Origin: Adineta vaga
Taxonomy: Eukaryota > Animalia > Rotifera
Length of the DNA stretch: 64,000 nucleotides
Direction: 5' to 3'
Assembly (NCBI GenBank): GCA_021613535.1
Contig: CP075493.1
Location: 10,106,001-10,170,000, forward strand
Part shown: in pieces, positions 14,331 to 27,738 of the stretch
How positions within the stretch are numbered: the stretch's first letter is position 1
Layout of the letters: the number at the start of each line of letters is the position of its first letter
Made by a program: the position numbers and the translations under genes
The notes under the pieces: model-generated
The model's input: only the letters and a program-made list of their open reading frames with translations
What the model was told of the DNA's origin: nothing
The model's database searches: none

Positions 14331-15404
14331 ATGTCGAACACTACTGATGCTACAACTATAGCCTTACTCAATAATATTTCTTTGCGACTGAATAGTTACA
14401 TAAACTTATTCGTATTTTTATTTGGAGTTATCGGTAATTGCTTGAGTATAGCAGTTCTTTCACAAGCAAAATTACGTAAAAATCCATGTGTACTCTATTT
14501 TCTTGGTTCATCCATATGCAGTTTAGGAATTTTACTGGTCGGTTTACCTACACGTCTCATAGCTGGATGGATATCAACCGATCCAACGAATACGAACTCA
14601 TTACTTTGTAAATTTCGTATTTATTTCCTATATTCACTTCGAACAGCATCTGTTTGGCTCATTGTCTTTGCAACAATCGATCGATGGTTAGTTAGTAGTA
14701 TTCATGTTACTAGACGACGTTTAAGTTCACGTCAATTTGCATATAAAATTATAATTGTTATTCATATCTTATCATTTATTTTATGGTTTGAATCTCTTTT
14801 TTGTTATGATACGAATGTCGCACAAGCACCACTACGATGTTATGGAATGTCTCATATTTGTCGTATTTTGAATGATCTTGTATATGCTAGTTCAACGGTG
14901 ATGATTCCGTCAATTCTAATGTTAATCTTTGGATTGTTTACCATCTATAATATCACTCGAACTCGTCGAGCAATTCAACCATTTCTTGCTACACTCACAC
15001 ATGCTGGTACATCAAATACACATAAACAGAGGCGACAACGACGAAATGAAAGTTCTCTCACTCGTATGCTAGTTCTTCAAGTCTTTTTCTTAACTTTATT
15101 TTCGTTACCACAAGCTATACATCAATTTTATTTGACATTCACTCTTGAAATAATCAAAAGTCCACTTCGTATTGCCACAGAAAACTTTATTGTTAACTTC
15201 GATTTTTCTCTTACATATTTTGGTAATGCTAGCTCGTTTTATATCTATATTCTAACTGGAACAATGTTTCGTCAAACTCTTGTTCGACTTGTTCGCTCTA
15301 TTATTCGGCAAAGCAGTCTACACTTATCTAATGCATTCGATGATTTAAAAGATTTAGTTTTTTCAATTATTCGGCAATTTTTTACACGAAGACAAGGGAA
15401 CTAA
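14331..15404 (+). CDS. Intronless rhodopsin-like (class A) GPCR
   Basis: Seven hydrophobic segments, GN in TM1, CKFR, TIDRW (DRY-like), FYIY in TM7. Confidence 0.85.
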   Translation: MSNTTDATTIALLNNISLRLNSYINLFVFLFGVIGNCLSIAVLSQAKLRKNPCVLYFLGSSICSLGILLVGLPTRLIAGWISTDPTNTNSLLCKFRIYFLYSLRTASVWLIVFATIDRWLVSSIHVTRRRLSSRQFAYKIIIVIHILSFILWFESLFCYDTNVAQAPLRCYGMSHICRILNDLVYASSTVMIPSILMLIFGLFTIYNITRTRRAIQPFLATLTHAGTSNTHKQRRQRRNESSLTRMLVLQVFFLTLFSLPQAIHQFYLTFTLEIIKSPLRIATENFIVNFDFSLTYFGNASSFYIYILTGTMFRQTLVRLVRSIIRQSSLHLSNAFDDLKDLVFSIIRQFFTRRQGN

Positions 15405-15445
15405 ATTTAAATTTTTCTATCTAAAAAAAACAAACATATGTAGAT

Positions 15446-15769
15446 CTAATAAGATTTGTCACGTGCATGTCTACGTAAATTATCTTTTTCAAATGTCGGA
15501 AATCGAAGAGCATTAGAACGATACAGAATATAGAAAGCACGAGTATCAGAATCTAGAGGAGAACATAATTGTACATTTATACTGTTGATTAACGTAAGTA
15601 ATGATCTAATGATATTAATCATTGTAGAACTTCGATACACATAATATGGTCCGACGTCAAAAAGTTCAATTAGATTTAAATACGAATTTCTAAAACGTTT
15701 CATACGCCATTATTCCTATTTTTATCGGATAAATGTCTCATCTTGGCTTGAATACTTTTTGAGATTCAT
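15446..15769 (-). pseudogene. Possible decayed coding remnant, family unknown
   Basis: Frame reads MNLKKYSSQDETFIR*K*E*WRMKRFRNSYLNLIELFDVGP, protein-like on both sides of three clustered stops. Confidence 0.3.
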
Positions 15770-16470
15770 ATTGCATAGACAACATCAATGCAGTATATCT
15801 TACTTATAATATAACTATCAATTCGTTATAGATACTACAAAAACAAATAACATCATGCTTATTTTGATACAGACTACAGTTATTCTAGCATTGAGATCTT
15901 TTTTCAAATATTGGTTACATCCTCAAGATGGAAGGAAACTATTACTCTAGAAAAAAAATTAATTGAAAGTAAGAGAAAAATGTTCATTATGTTGAAATCA
16001 TCTTTTACATCCTTACATAAAATGTATTTTCTTTTCACTTGAAAATAAAAGAGTTTCAAGAGAATTAATGCATGAAAAGCTTTAGACAGTGTATAATCAA
16101 AATTTTTCACGTTTATGCATCGATACATATGCTTCGTATGTAAGGTTTTATTGCACTTATCTAATTATTTCACCTTCAATGAATATATAATTCGTATCGT
16201 GAATACGTCATTTAGAGACAATCGCATATAAATCACTACTGATCGTTCAATGTTAAGAATTTAAAAATAATCATTAAGCTCTCATTTATCTATTTTCGGA
16301 GTGGAAAAAAACACACATTTTTTTCTATAAATTTTATTTATTTCGCTTTTTATTTTTCAAACGAAACGATTATTAAATGTATACTTATAACAAATTGCTT
16401 TAATACCTGTATGTCACTCACTCTTTACATATTTGGCATTCAGAAGAGTATATTTATTCAATCTTAAAAT

Positions 16471-16803
16471 ATGCTATGGTAACCGCTGTTTTCTTTTCCT
16501 AGTTCTTTGTTTTCATCACTTACACCTTTCCATGACATACTGCCATCTGGTAAATATAGTTGTTAGTTTTGTTCGCGCTACCCTATAGCAAGAACAGTAC
16601 ATTACTTAGCAACCATTGCCTCGCTCAAAAGAAGTGTATGTTAAAGTTGCTTACCACGACATTATAGCTTGTTGTCTGAAAGGTTGGTCGTCTTTTTTCT
16701 TTCTTTCTCTCTCTCTCTCTCGTATTTCATTGTACGAATCTAGGTTTTCTCTCTCTCTCTCGCTCTCTCGCTCTCTCTCTCTCGTCGTGTTTCTTCTATA
16801 AAT
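16471..16803 (+). promoter_or_regulatory. LC8 promoter: RFX X-box-like motifs, (CT)n tracts and a TATA box
   Basis: ATGCTATGGTAAC 16471-16483, GCTACCCTATAGCAAG 16577-16592, ATTACTTAGCAAC 16601-16613, CT repeats ~16700-16783, TATAAAT 16797-16803. Confidence 0.5.
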
Positions 16804-16937
16804 ACAGCAACTATTCATTTGTACTGTGCACTCATCATCGTCTTTATTATTTAACGTGAGTTAATCAGTAGTTTATCTTTCTTCCACTGATTATTATTAT
16901 CGATTTTTAGAAAAGCTCAATTCTCAATACAATTACC

Positions 16938-17324
<387 letters not shown>

Positions 17325-19073
17325 ACATATGATCAATCATCACCGAACTGTATTCTTAGAAAGATTCTTATTGTAAAAAAAAGACAAGACAAACAGAAAA
17401 AATAAAATCTTGTTCATCATATGTATTTGTTTTTCTTTCTATATACACGCGCGCATTCCTATCTAATGATAAAGGATAATCAATCAGAAAATCAACGAAT
17501 GATTGTTCGATAATAGAAGTGATTGTGACGTACATATGCTATCTGTGATTCATTAACTGATTACCTTTCATTCTAATACGTAATATGTCAATCAATGTAT
17601 TTACTTGAATTCATCGACACATGTTCGATATATAGAATAAGTTTCTTATTAAGGTTAATCAGAAAATATTACGATAGAATATTAATTTAGTTTTGTTTCT
17701 GTCTATTGATGTATAAGTGAAGTAAATATGATGTGATAGTTTCGGAGGAAATAAATGAAAATATCTATTGATCATCGATCTGAGAGAACTATCTATTTCA
17801 AGAAAATTCACTAACTTTTCTCTCGAAGTAGATAAACACATTCGCCGATAATTTGAATCATCAGAAGGAAACTAGCACGATTCTGATTTTTGTAGAGATA
17901 ATGAATTTAGACACAATGCTACTGTTTTGTTTTGTACTACTACGGAAATTGATGAAAAAGTTATGACAACCTAAAGCATGCTTAGACCATCGCCCCAACT
18001 GAATCTAATTTTTCCTATTTTATTATGAAGAACGAAGGGTATTAGATTATCGTTTCATGCAAGTTGTCGTTCCTACTTAGTCAAATACCATATTGATGGT
18101 ATGAATGAAGATAAATGTCTACAGGCATATTTTCAAATTCATATATTCAACATTACTACATTCTATACTTCAACTATCTTATTAAATTCAGCCGTCAGAT
18201 AAAGAAAAACGAATTGTTTCAGTTAACTTTATGATTTATTTGAAGTAGAGATTCAAGTAACGACTTGTACAAATGAACGTTATGTTCAATAAATGGATTA
18301 TGAAAAAATCAAATTTGAAAGACATGGTTGTCGAAATAGATCAACGCGTTGTTTTTATTATCGTGTTAAGAATGAATAGGTGGATTTTTTCTTAATGTTA
18401 AGATTCTACAGATTACTACTGCACTCAGACTCCTCATTTACATGACTACAAGCATTGTTAAAAGTCTAATTTAATCCTACGTGACTAAGAGTGATGCTAT
18501 TCACAATTTCGACGAAATCAAAAATGTTTGTAGTTTTTAGAAGTGTGTTAATTTTATTTCTCTCGATTTCGAATCATTTCTATCATTGACGAACGCCAAT
18601 AGTGTAATTATTCAAATCTATCTCTGTTGAATCTTATGAAATTTTAAATACACCAATAATAGAAAAGAACCCGTTTAATTGGAGAGAGAGTTTCTCCAAT
18701 GAGTATTTTTTTCTGGTTAACAAATTAAGATGAAAAATCCCAGTTTTTAAAACCTCAACAGATTATTAGAAGGCGTTGAAATTTACGATTGAAGTGAGTA
18801 AAATTATGTTTTCGATTAGTTTATTCGAGATTAAGTTTTTAGAATTATGATCTGAAGATATTTTTTATCATAGTTTTCATTTGTTGATTTAGTCTAATCA
18901 TGACTATAGAAATAGTATTTAAAACGAAAATATTCTGAATTGTTTTTATATCGATAGTTATTCATATTAGAATGAAGTTCAAATATCTCTGCTTTTTTTT
19001 CTTTTTTCTTTATTAACACGGAAATAAAAATGAAATAGTTCATATCATATTTTAAGATGAGATGTGAAACCAT

Positions 19074-19676
19074 TTATTCTGTACGTTTGTACCAACGACG
19101 AGCTTTAACAGATCCACATTCCATATCCTACAGTTACAAAATACACAAGAATTTAGAAGATTTAACTAAGAAATATGAGGAGTTACATACAATCATGTGT
19201 TGACCTTTATCATCGACATAACGAGTAACAACAGATTTTTTACCACTTTTATCGATCGAGGTGTGTACCCATTTATTGCCTTCGAAATTGATTGTTGACT
19301 AAATAAAGAAACAATATTTATTGATAATCTAAATGTGAAGGTAAGATGAAAATTACTTTGACTTCACGTCCATCAGCTGTTGTTTCGTCAAATTCTACAC
19401 CAGGTGTAAAATCATACGTAACAGTTTTAATTGCACTTTCTGTTCTCAATGTCCATTTACCACCTTCTTCACTAATAATAATACGAGGTTTAATCCCTTT
19501 TGCGGTCAAACGTAATGCCCAACCAACACCAATTTCTTTCATATATTCATCAAAATTTTCACCATCAAGCTAGAAATATTAATGTATAGATCGTAAAAAT
19601 GTATTACTTGTTTGTTTTTTCTTCTACGTACGTAATCCCAGCTACCTTTAAGACCTTGAACTCCACTGCTATCCAT
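19074..19676 (-). CDS. FABP: Fatty-acid-binding protein (iLBP family, 4 exons)
   Basis: LKGSWDY|LDGENFDEYMKEIGVG...FTPGVEFDETTADGREVK...DMECGSVKARRWYKRTE*. Confidence 0.93.
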
Positions 19677-20430
19677 ATCTATCGATTTGTACGAGAAAAA
19701 ATGAATCTAAAACAATATATGTATAGAAATCGAATGTTTACGCGTAAACAAGTGAAAACGAAATCGAAAGCGAAATGACATAGATACACGTCGTTTTCAA
19801 TCCTTAGAAGTATCATGTCCATTCGACAGCTGCATACTCTGTTAAATATATGTGTGCATATATATATATATAAAACTTAGCTAGGCGTGTATCATCGTTG
19901 CTAATGAAAAAAAAGAAACAGAAAAGAAGAAAAGAAAAGAAAAGAAATCATATTTATTATGCTAAATGTTGCGTGTGTTCTTCAAAGTTTGATGTATGAC
20001 AATAGGTTTGCACGAGAAAAAGTACACGTCATCTTCTATGACGCACTAAATTATGTTTATTAAACTGATTAATCGAAACATATTACATCAATCTATTTAA
20101 ATCAATAGATTAATGATTCATTCGGAATAAGAGTCAACATTCGTATTTTATATCAACCTGGTTAAAATAGAACGCCTTCTAGGGACATCCTTTGAAAAGA
20201 TCTACTTTTCTATTGAATTAGTTAAAGCATAATTGGTTTTTCTTATGAATAGGCATTGAAGGAAGAAAAAAAAAACACGTGCTAATGAATGATGAATAAC
20301 TATCACGTCAGTGATCATCTTGTTTTTCTACGTCGATTCAGATTACGCAGGATGACTAGATCAATTTGTATCTAAGAAATAATAATTACATAGAAAATGT
20401 TTTCTAGATTGAACTTTTCTCTTTTAAAAA

Positions 20431-21482
20431 ATGGTAGATAGCTATGAACAGACAGCAGAAGAACTCTATCATTATGTCCGTATTGAAAATTTACCATATG
20501 GAATAACTGCAAAAGATATAACATCGTTCTTTGGAATATATGGGAGAGTTCAACGTCTTTTTTTGAAGCGTCGTGTAGCGAAAGATTCTCAAGTTTTATT
20601 GACTAATCCAAAAGTTACACTCGTTTTTCCTAATCCTGAGAGTGTTGATGAAATTATGGCAAGCCGACCACTTGTTTTGGGTGATTGTAAACTATTCATA
20701 CGTCGTTGCCTTCCACTTAGTCAAAGATATCCATTAGAAGCATTTATTACTGTCACAAAAATCCTTATACGAACAAAAGCAGAAAATCAACATGATATTT
20801 TACCTGATGATACGACAATTGTGAATTATTTGTCACAAACTGGTGGAAAAATCGAGTATTTCGAAAGATTGAATGATAAAACTATCTTAGTACAATTCGA
20901 TGATTATGACACTGTGGATTACTGTTGCCTATCTCGACCTCATTTTATTGGCGATCAAGAAATTGAAATTGAGAAATGTACTAATGAAGAACTCGCAAGA
21001 ATTTCGATTGAAACACAACAGAAGTATAAGAATAATTAATGAATTCTAGTTCTCTTATTGTTATTTCTTTTAGATTAAATTCTGATTCTATTCCTACTGA
21101 TACGGATAGTGGAGTTATGGATACAATTTCACCGATTCTAACTTTATCAATTGATGACCAAATGAATCAACTACGAGCAAGTTATAATCATACGACGAAG
21201 ACTTTGGAATGTGAACATGAACAACTTATTGCATCTCTATCAGCTCAATGGGAACAAACAGCAAAAGAACGTATACGTCTTCAACGTTTAACAATAGATG
21301 GTAAACACGAATGTGAACGATTAACAAACGAAAATCGTCAATATCAAAAATTGTATAGTGAAAGTTTGAAAGAAAAACCCAATGTTCAAACTGAAGGTGA
21401 AGGAAAATTAAGTGATGCTTATCAAAAAACGAAAATAATACAAGAAAAATATGAACAATTGATACAAAATAATCGACAATAA
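20431..21482 (+). CDS. Two degenerate RRM domains plus a C-terminal coiled coil (one intron, ~21024-21074)
   Basis: YVRIENLPYGITAKDITSFFGIYGRV (RNP2-like), VQFDDYDTVD...PHFIGDQEIEIEK (hnRNP A1-like), heptad-rich tail. Confidence 0.7.
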
Positions 21483-22415
21483 TTACATTTCTTTCCTTTC
21501 TTTCAATGATTTGTTTTTCTTTAGAAATAAATCGTATGAAATAATTCCGATATAAATGAAATTGACTTTTCTATGAACCAAAACTTAAGAAAAAACGTTC
21601 CAAAGTAGAAATGAATCACTCAAGAAGAAAACAATCTGAGAATAGATTACAAAAGGTGAAGAAAAAATCGAAGTAAACTAATGTTGATTTGCATGAGTAA
21701 ACAGACATTGCCTTTTTAACTGTATTCTCCAAATATTGTTTTTATTTCATGTATAAAATTTTCGTCAAAAATAGATTCAATAGACCATTATGTAGTATAT
21801 CGTTTATTATAGTATTCAGTTTTTCCTAGGATTAGTAGTAAATTATATTTACAAAATTCATTAGAAGATTTTTTATAGTCATCAAGTTTTGACGAGACAA
21901 GACATTTTGCCATTTTTATATTTGACGTTGAGCGAGGTTTAAAATAGTGGAGGTTATTAATATTATGTTTCATCATGAAAGTGTGATTATATTTTTTTTC
22001 CGCGCATAGTCTAGAAAAGGAGAAACTACGTAAGAATAGTAAATATATGAGTATTGCAGTTAAACATGAATTACATGACTAATTGAGATACTTGAATCTA
22101 AACGAACGTCGTTATGTTAGATTCTCAGGGTAGATGCAATATAAAATAATACAAAAAAAAATTAAAATTTGTCATCACTTTTTTTGACAATACGCTGAAA
22201 TGTATCCGTCTATGTTATTACAAGAGAAATTCATTTTTTTATTTTTTTCTATATAAAAAAGTTACGTACTACTTCAGTTGTTTTTCGCGGGCGTTGTATT
22301 TTATATTGTGTCGAGGAGTAACAAACGTTATTTTATTTTTAAATTATTGAAAAGCAAAGAAAGTTTGGTCATTCAGTCGTCACTCACGGTACAATTTGAA
22401 TTGATTGATTGATTG

Positions 22416-25400
22416 ATGAGTTTGCAATCGTGTGTCAATCGACTTTTTAAACTGAATAGTAATTATTTATATGCTGATCAAGCCTTCAATCAAGCGTCTT
22501 CGTTGCAGACACTTTCAGATGATTTATACTCAGATCCACTTCGATTTCTATACGAATTGGTACAGAATGCCGACGATGCGTCAAGTACTCGCTTACAATT
22601 CGCTTTAATCGAAGGTAACTATTTGATTGTTGCTCATAATGGAAGAATCTTCAGTGAAGAAGATGTTCGAAGTTTATGCTCAATAAATAAAAGCACCAAA
22701 ACTCAAGATGCTCAAACTGTTGGTTATAAAGGTTTGGGATTTAAGGCAATTTTTGGAAAATCAGACTATGCCTTAATTATGACGAATAATGAAGCATTTC
22801 GATTCGATGCAACTCATGAATTTGAATGGACCTGGACAGATATTAATCGAAAAAAGTGGGAACGTGATAATAAACGAAAGTTTATTTATCCTTGGCAAAT
22901 TTGTCCTATTTGGACAGAACATCATGAAATTCCTGCACCTGTCCTTAGTTGGATATTGACTAATAGATTGTCAGTAAATATCATTATTCGTTTACTTAAT
23001 ATTGAAGAAACTCAGAATGCTTTTCGTCAGTTAGCTGATCAACCACATACATTTTTATTTCTTCGACATATTCGTGAATTGAAATTTAGTGAATCATTAA
23101 AATCATCAAGTATTTGTATTAAAAACGAACCAAATGAAATAATAAGATTGTTATATAATGCAAAGCAACATTCTCAATGGCTAGTATGTCGACGACAAGT
23201 TTTGGTTCCACCTGAAAAACTTGAAGATATTCGTCTGCCTAAAAAATTACGCTCGGTTCAATCTACTGAAATCATTTTAGCTGCTAAAATAAGTACACAA
23301 AATGAAAAGAAATTCATTCCTGTCTCTAATGACGATAATATTCTCTTTGCATATATACCAACTAAAATTTCAACATATAAGTTACCAATACTGGTTAATA
23401 CTAACTTTTTAACGAATGCAAATCGTGAACAGATTCATACGGATTCTACATGGAATCAATGGCTTTTTGAACGTATACCGCATGAAACAATTGAATGGAT
23501 GAAAGATATAATTATGAAACGTGAATGGGGTAGTAAAGGTTATGAACTATTACCAACTGCAGCTATGGGAAATGATATACTGACGAAAATATATAATGAC
23601 AATCGTTCACATGCTCTAAGCGATGCCAAGTTTATCTGTAACACACATGGAGAATATTTAACGGTACGCGAAGCTATTATTGATCTAACTGGTTTATCAA
23701 ATCAGCCGTTTGTTGATACTGAACTTATTCGTCAATATATTATTCACAATTATAACGGTTCCCGAATACCTTTACCAACTAATCCATTCGTTTCGTAACC
23801 CGTATTTGAGAGAACTTGGTGTTCGAATATTTGACTGGACATCTGCCATCAAAATGTTTGGTACAAGAACATTTCAAGAAAATTTTTCTCCCGATCGTGA
23901 TATGAAACTAATATCCTATTTATTTACTCACAGATCTGATGAGACTTTATCTCAGCTAATACATATTATACCATTTATTATGGATCGTAACAATGATCTA
24001 AGAAGACCAACTCATATTTACTTTCCATCAGAATTTGATGATGTAAGTTGGCATAGTTCTGATTGTCCAGAGATTATGTACATCAGGATGTAATGAATCA
24101 ACTTCAACATTCACACCGGCAGTGGCTCGAAGAACTGGGTGTAAAGATTAAAACTGATTTAACTTTTTTTCATCGAACAATTGTTCCGAATGCTGCGACA
24201 TTCATTCACCCTAACAATGCTGAATCGACAATTCAAAGATTATTTAATCTCTTTATTAATGGTGAAACAAATGTCGAACATTTACGAAGCGTTGAAAGGT
24301 TATCTTTATTAACTACAACAAATAAACTCATACCTGCAAATCGTCTATATCTATCAGCACCATATGAACCTCATTTATCATTAGATTCAGTGTTACCGTC
24401 AACATTTGATTTGTTCGTGTCACCTGTTTATTTACAACAGAATTTGCTTGGAGAGTGGAAATTATTTTTTTGCAAGTTAGGCGTTCAAGAGAACATAACT
24501 TTTGTAAAACTAAATGAAGATAATCGTTCATTTTTCACTTATAACGAAGATCAAAGAGGAATTATTTTTGGTTTAAATTCTCAACAAGTTCATGATTACA
24601 AATATAGAGAAACCTTAACTTTTCTTGAGTATACTGAACATACTTATGAATTTGCTCGATTTTTCTGGTCATATGTTATTAAGACTATCGATATACGCCG
24701 TTTAAATCGATCGGAAAGTGCTCTTTGGGGATCGCGTCATAAACGAGGTGCAACAGAAGGATCAGAGGTAAATAGTTTTCCACAATGGTTTGTACGTACA
24801 CGTTCATGCATACCAGTTTCGATCTTATTAGCAAATGGTCAATGCCAAAATGTTTGTTATTTAGCTTCTAAAGTTTTTACTGGACGGTTAAAATCTTTAA
24901 TTGGTCGATACTTACCTATATTTGATTGCATTGACAATTTAGCACTTCTAACAGATGAATGGGAAACATTTTTTCGATTTCGAACTGAACTTTCAATTGA
25001 TGATCATTTATTACTTCTCAAACAAATTTACGTACAAAATCAAAAAGGAATTGAGTACGAAGATGATATTCGTATTCAAAATATCTATGATAGTCTCTCA
25101 CACAAACTCTGTGGGATTGATCAAAATCAACGCTAATCGTATCGTGAGAAATGTCGAGCTATGAACATATGTTTATTAAGCACAACTAAACATTTTATGC
25201 CACCAGAAGAACTAAGGTTTTGGTCAATTTCTAATCTTTCAGTTCCGACTGAATTATACATAATTAAAATAGATGGAAAGAGTCGCCAACATCACTATCT
25301 ATCAGTTCTTCTATATGTACTTAATGTGGATAAGATTGATATCGATAATTTGAACTTTATACCAATTAATGCAAGTCTGTGTGATGAAATAGCCAATCGT

Positions 25401-26846
25401 TTGCAAAAATCTTACTTCCTCCAACTATTGAAATTTCATAAAATTAATCAGACAGATCAGATTCATCGATTAGATGATATTAAATTTTTTGAAGCCGAAA
25501 GATTGGAATTCTATATGAATAACGCGAACATATTCGTTGGTACTACACAAGTTCATGTCAAAAGTAATTGTTTTTATATCGTCAGACCATGGAATACTGA
25601 ACATGTGCTTGCTCAATTATCAGAAAAGATATGTATATTTCTTCAACTACCAATGATATCATTTAAAAATCACGTTGAAAAACTTTTAATCATTGAATCT
25701 GCTGATAGATACTTCATTCAACTGGGAATTCCTCTTGTGATTGAAGAAATCGTAAATAATGCTACGGAAAATCGCATTAAACAAACTAATCTTGATTTAT
25801 TTAACAAATTACCGTCAGCTACTCCTGCTGAATTATTACTTGCAGGTTTGAAAGCACAAAATTCATCTTGGACTGGATATGTTTATCACTATACGCATCT
25901 GGAAAATGCTATTTCGATTGTATGTGAACGATCAATAAAATCTCGTTATCAACTAACTCAATTGGGTAATTTTAAAGACTCATCTTCTTATGATTTTATG
26001 TCACATGTACACGATGAAGTTAATCGTTACGTTCGTTTTTATTTTCGTCCACGAACATTAACACAATATCATAACGAAAATCTTGGATCAGGTAAATGCA
26101 AGAAACGCAACGAATATACACCGATTTGTCCTGTCCCAATCTTTGTACGCATCGATCTTCAAGCAATACTCAATATTCCAAATATTCAATGGAAAGTAAG
26201 TTTAGGTGATATGTCTAGAACTCGAACCATATACGATTCAACACGGGATGTTATCGAACAATTTGATTTCGATGGTGTATTCAAAAATGATGATGCTGAA
26301 CTTAATGAGTATAGTATTCAACTTGAATTTTTGATTGAAAATGAATTGAATTTTCAACTGTTGCCAAACGATTGTATTCATCTTATTTGTCAAAATCGCG
26401 ATGCAAAAACAAGTTTAGAATGTGTTTTAAAAGAACAATTGATGGACACATATAGTCTTCAAATAGACAAAAACTATTTCTTTGAAAAAAATGATCGAAT
26501 ATTTATTAATCATGAACAAAATCAAGATCATATTTCTGTCAGAATGAATTCTGGCAATGAATGTCCTGCACGTGGCATGTTCATTGTTCAAATCAACTGC
26601 AGCCATCAACAAGAAACAATGGAATTAGCATGTAAAGGTAATAAGATATGTGCAGCGTTTCATCATGATCAGTTAACTACGATATATGGACGAGAAAAAT
26701 CAATAGATGTTTTGGTTGGCAAACAAAACTATGCAGTTTATTATCAATATGAAGGACGAATTTGGCTCATTTATACAAATCATTGTCAATATGAATTTGA
26801 TAAATTACATACTGAAAAATATGTTGAATTCGCACTATATGATTAA
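22416..26846 (+). pseudogene. Sacsin/NOV-type GHKL ATPase fused to a DarT (DUF4433)-like ADP-ribosyltransferase; intronless, ~1475 codons, two frameshifts and one stop
   Basis: GHKL motifs YELVQNADDA, AHNG, STK, VGYKGLGFKAIF. DarT-like motifs YHYTHLEN...IKSR, YVRFYFRPRT, CPVPIF, QLEFLI. ORFs 22413, 24063 and 25161 share a frame; ORF 23710 is offset by +1. Confidence 0.75.
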
Positions 26847-27738
26847 CAAAAGACAACTATCAATTGTACGACCCATTTTTTATGCATTTATTTGATAGAT
26901 ATAGTCTCACAAAGATGAAATTAAATTTAATAAAAAATTTTTAGACTTTATTTTGAATCACGCATGGAGTCTAATCAATAATGTCAAATCGAATAAAAGA
27001 AGTATTCTATTCTCCGAATATGTCATTTTAAATCCTGCGCACGCAATAGAAACAGAGAATACGATTAGAATAACAAATCATCATTCATTTCAATTGTTTT
27101 TTTCTCTCCTTGTCTTTCTCCTACGCATCGTTTTTTATATCTTATATTATGACCAATCTTATCAGTCTTATCGCCTTTTTTTTCTTCTTGAAATCATCTG
27201 ATCATATTGATTAAAGACGAATACCATATCACCTGAGTATATATATATTTTTAGATATTGACCTTTATAGACTTGACAATCTGAGAAAGATTTATGATTT
27301 CCATATGTCATTGAAACATATCACTATGTGACTTCTCTTCTATGACGAAGAATACTTTGAACATATGCTTTGACAATGAAGTTTTATGGCTTTATATCAT
27401 TAAAAAATTTAATATAAAAAGGACATACATTCCTTTATAAAAAGAAACGAATAAAACGTTACATGGAATTTGATCTCTATCAATTAAATTACCATCCATA
27501 TTGAAAGTCTGAAAGTCAATAATACAAGTTAAAAGATTGCTGTTAAATAATCGCCTCTCACCGCCCTCGGTTTTCAATTCATATCAAGATATGACTGAAG
27601 AATACGAAGGTTATCGGTACCCTACACTTGTCAATATTTACCTTTCAAACACGCGGTATCTTCGTGGAGTAGGAGTACTTTATATTCCTGTCCGTCGTTA
27701 TTTTATGTACTAGATAGAATTTACATTTTCTTTTTCAA

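Noticed and set aside
17400-19000. Possible transposon in the 1.7 kb LC8-FABP gap
   Set aside because: No transposase or RT ORF, terminal repeats or target-site duplication recognised.
23780-24080. Programmed ribosomal frameshifting in the GHKL-DarT gene
   Set aside because: No X XXY YYZ slippery heptamer or obvious stimulatory structure at either site, and three separate recoding events would be needed.
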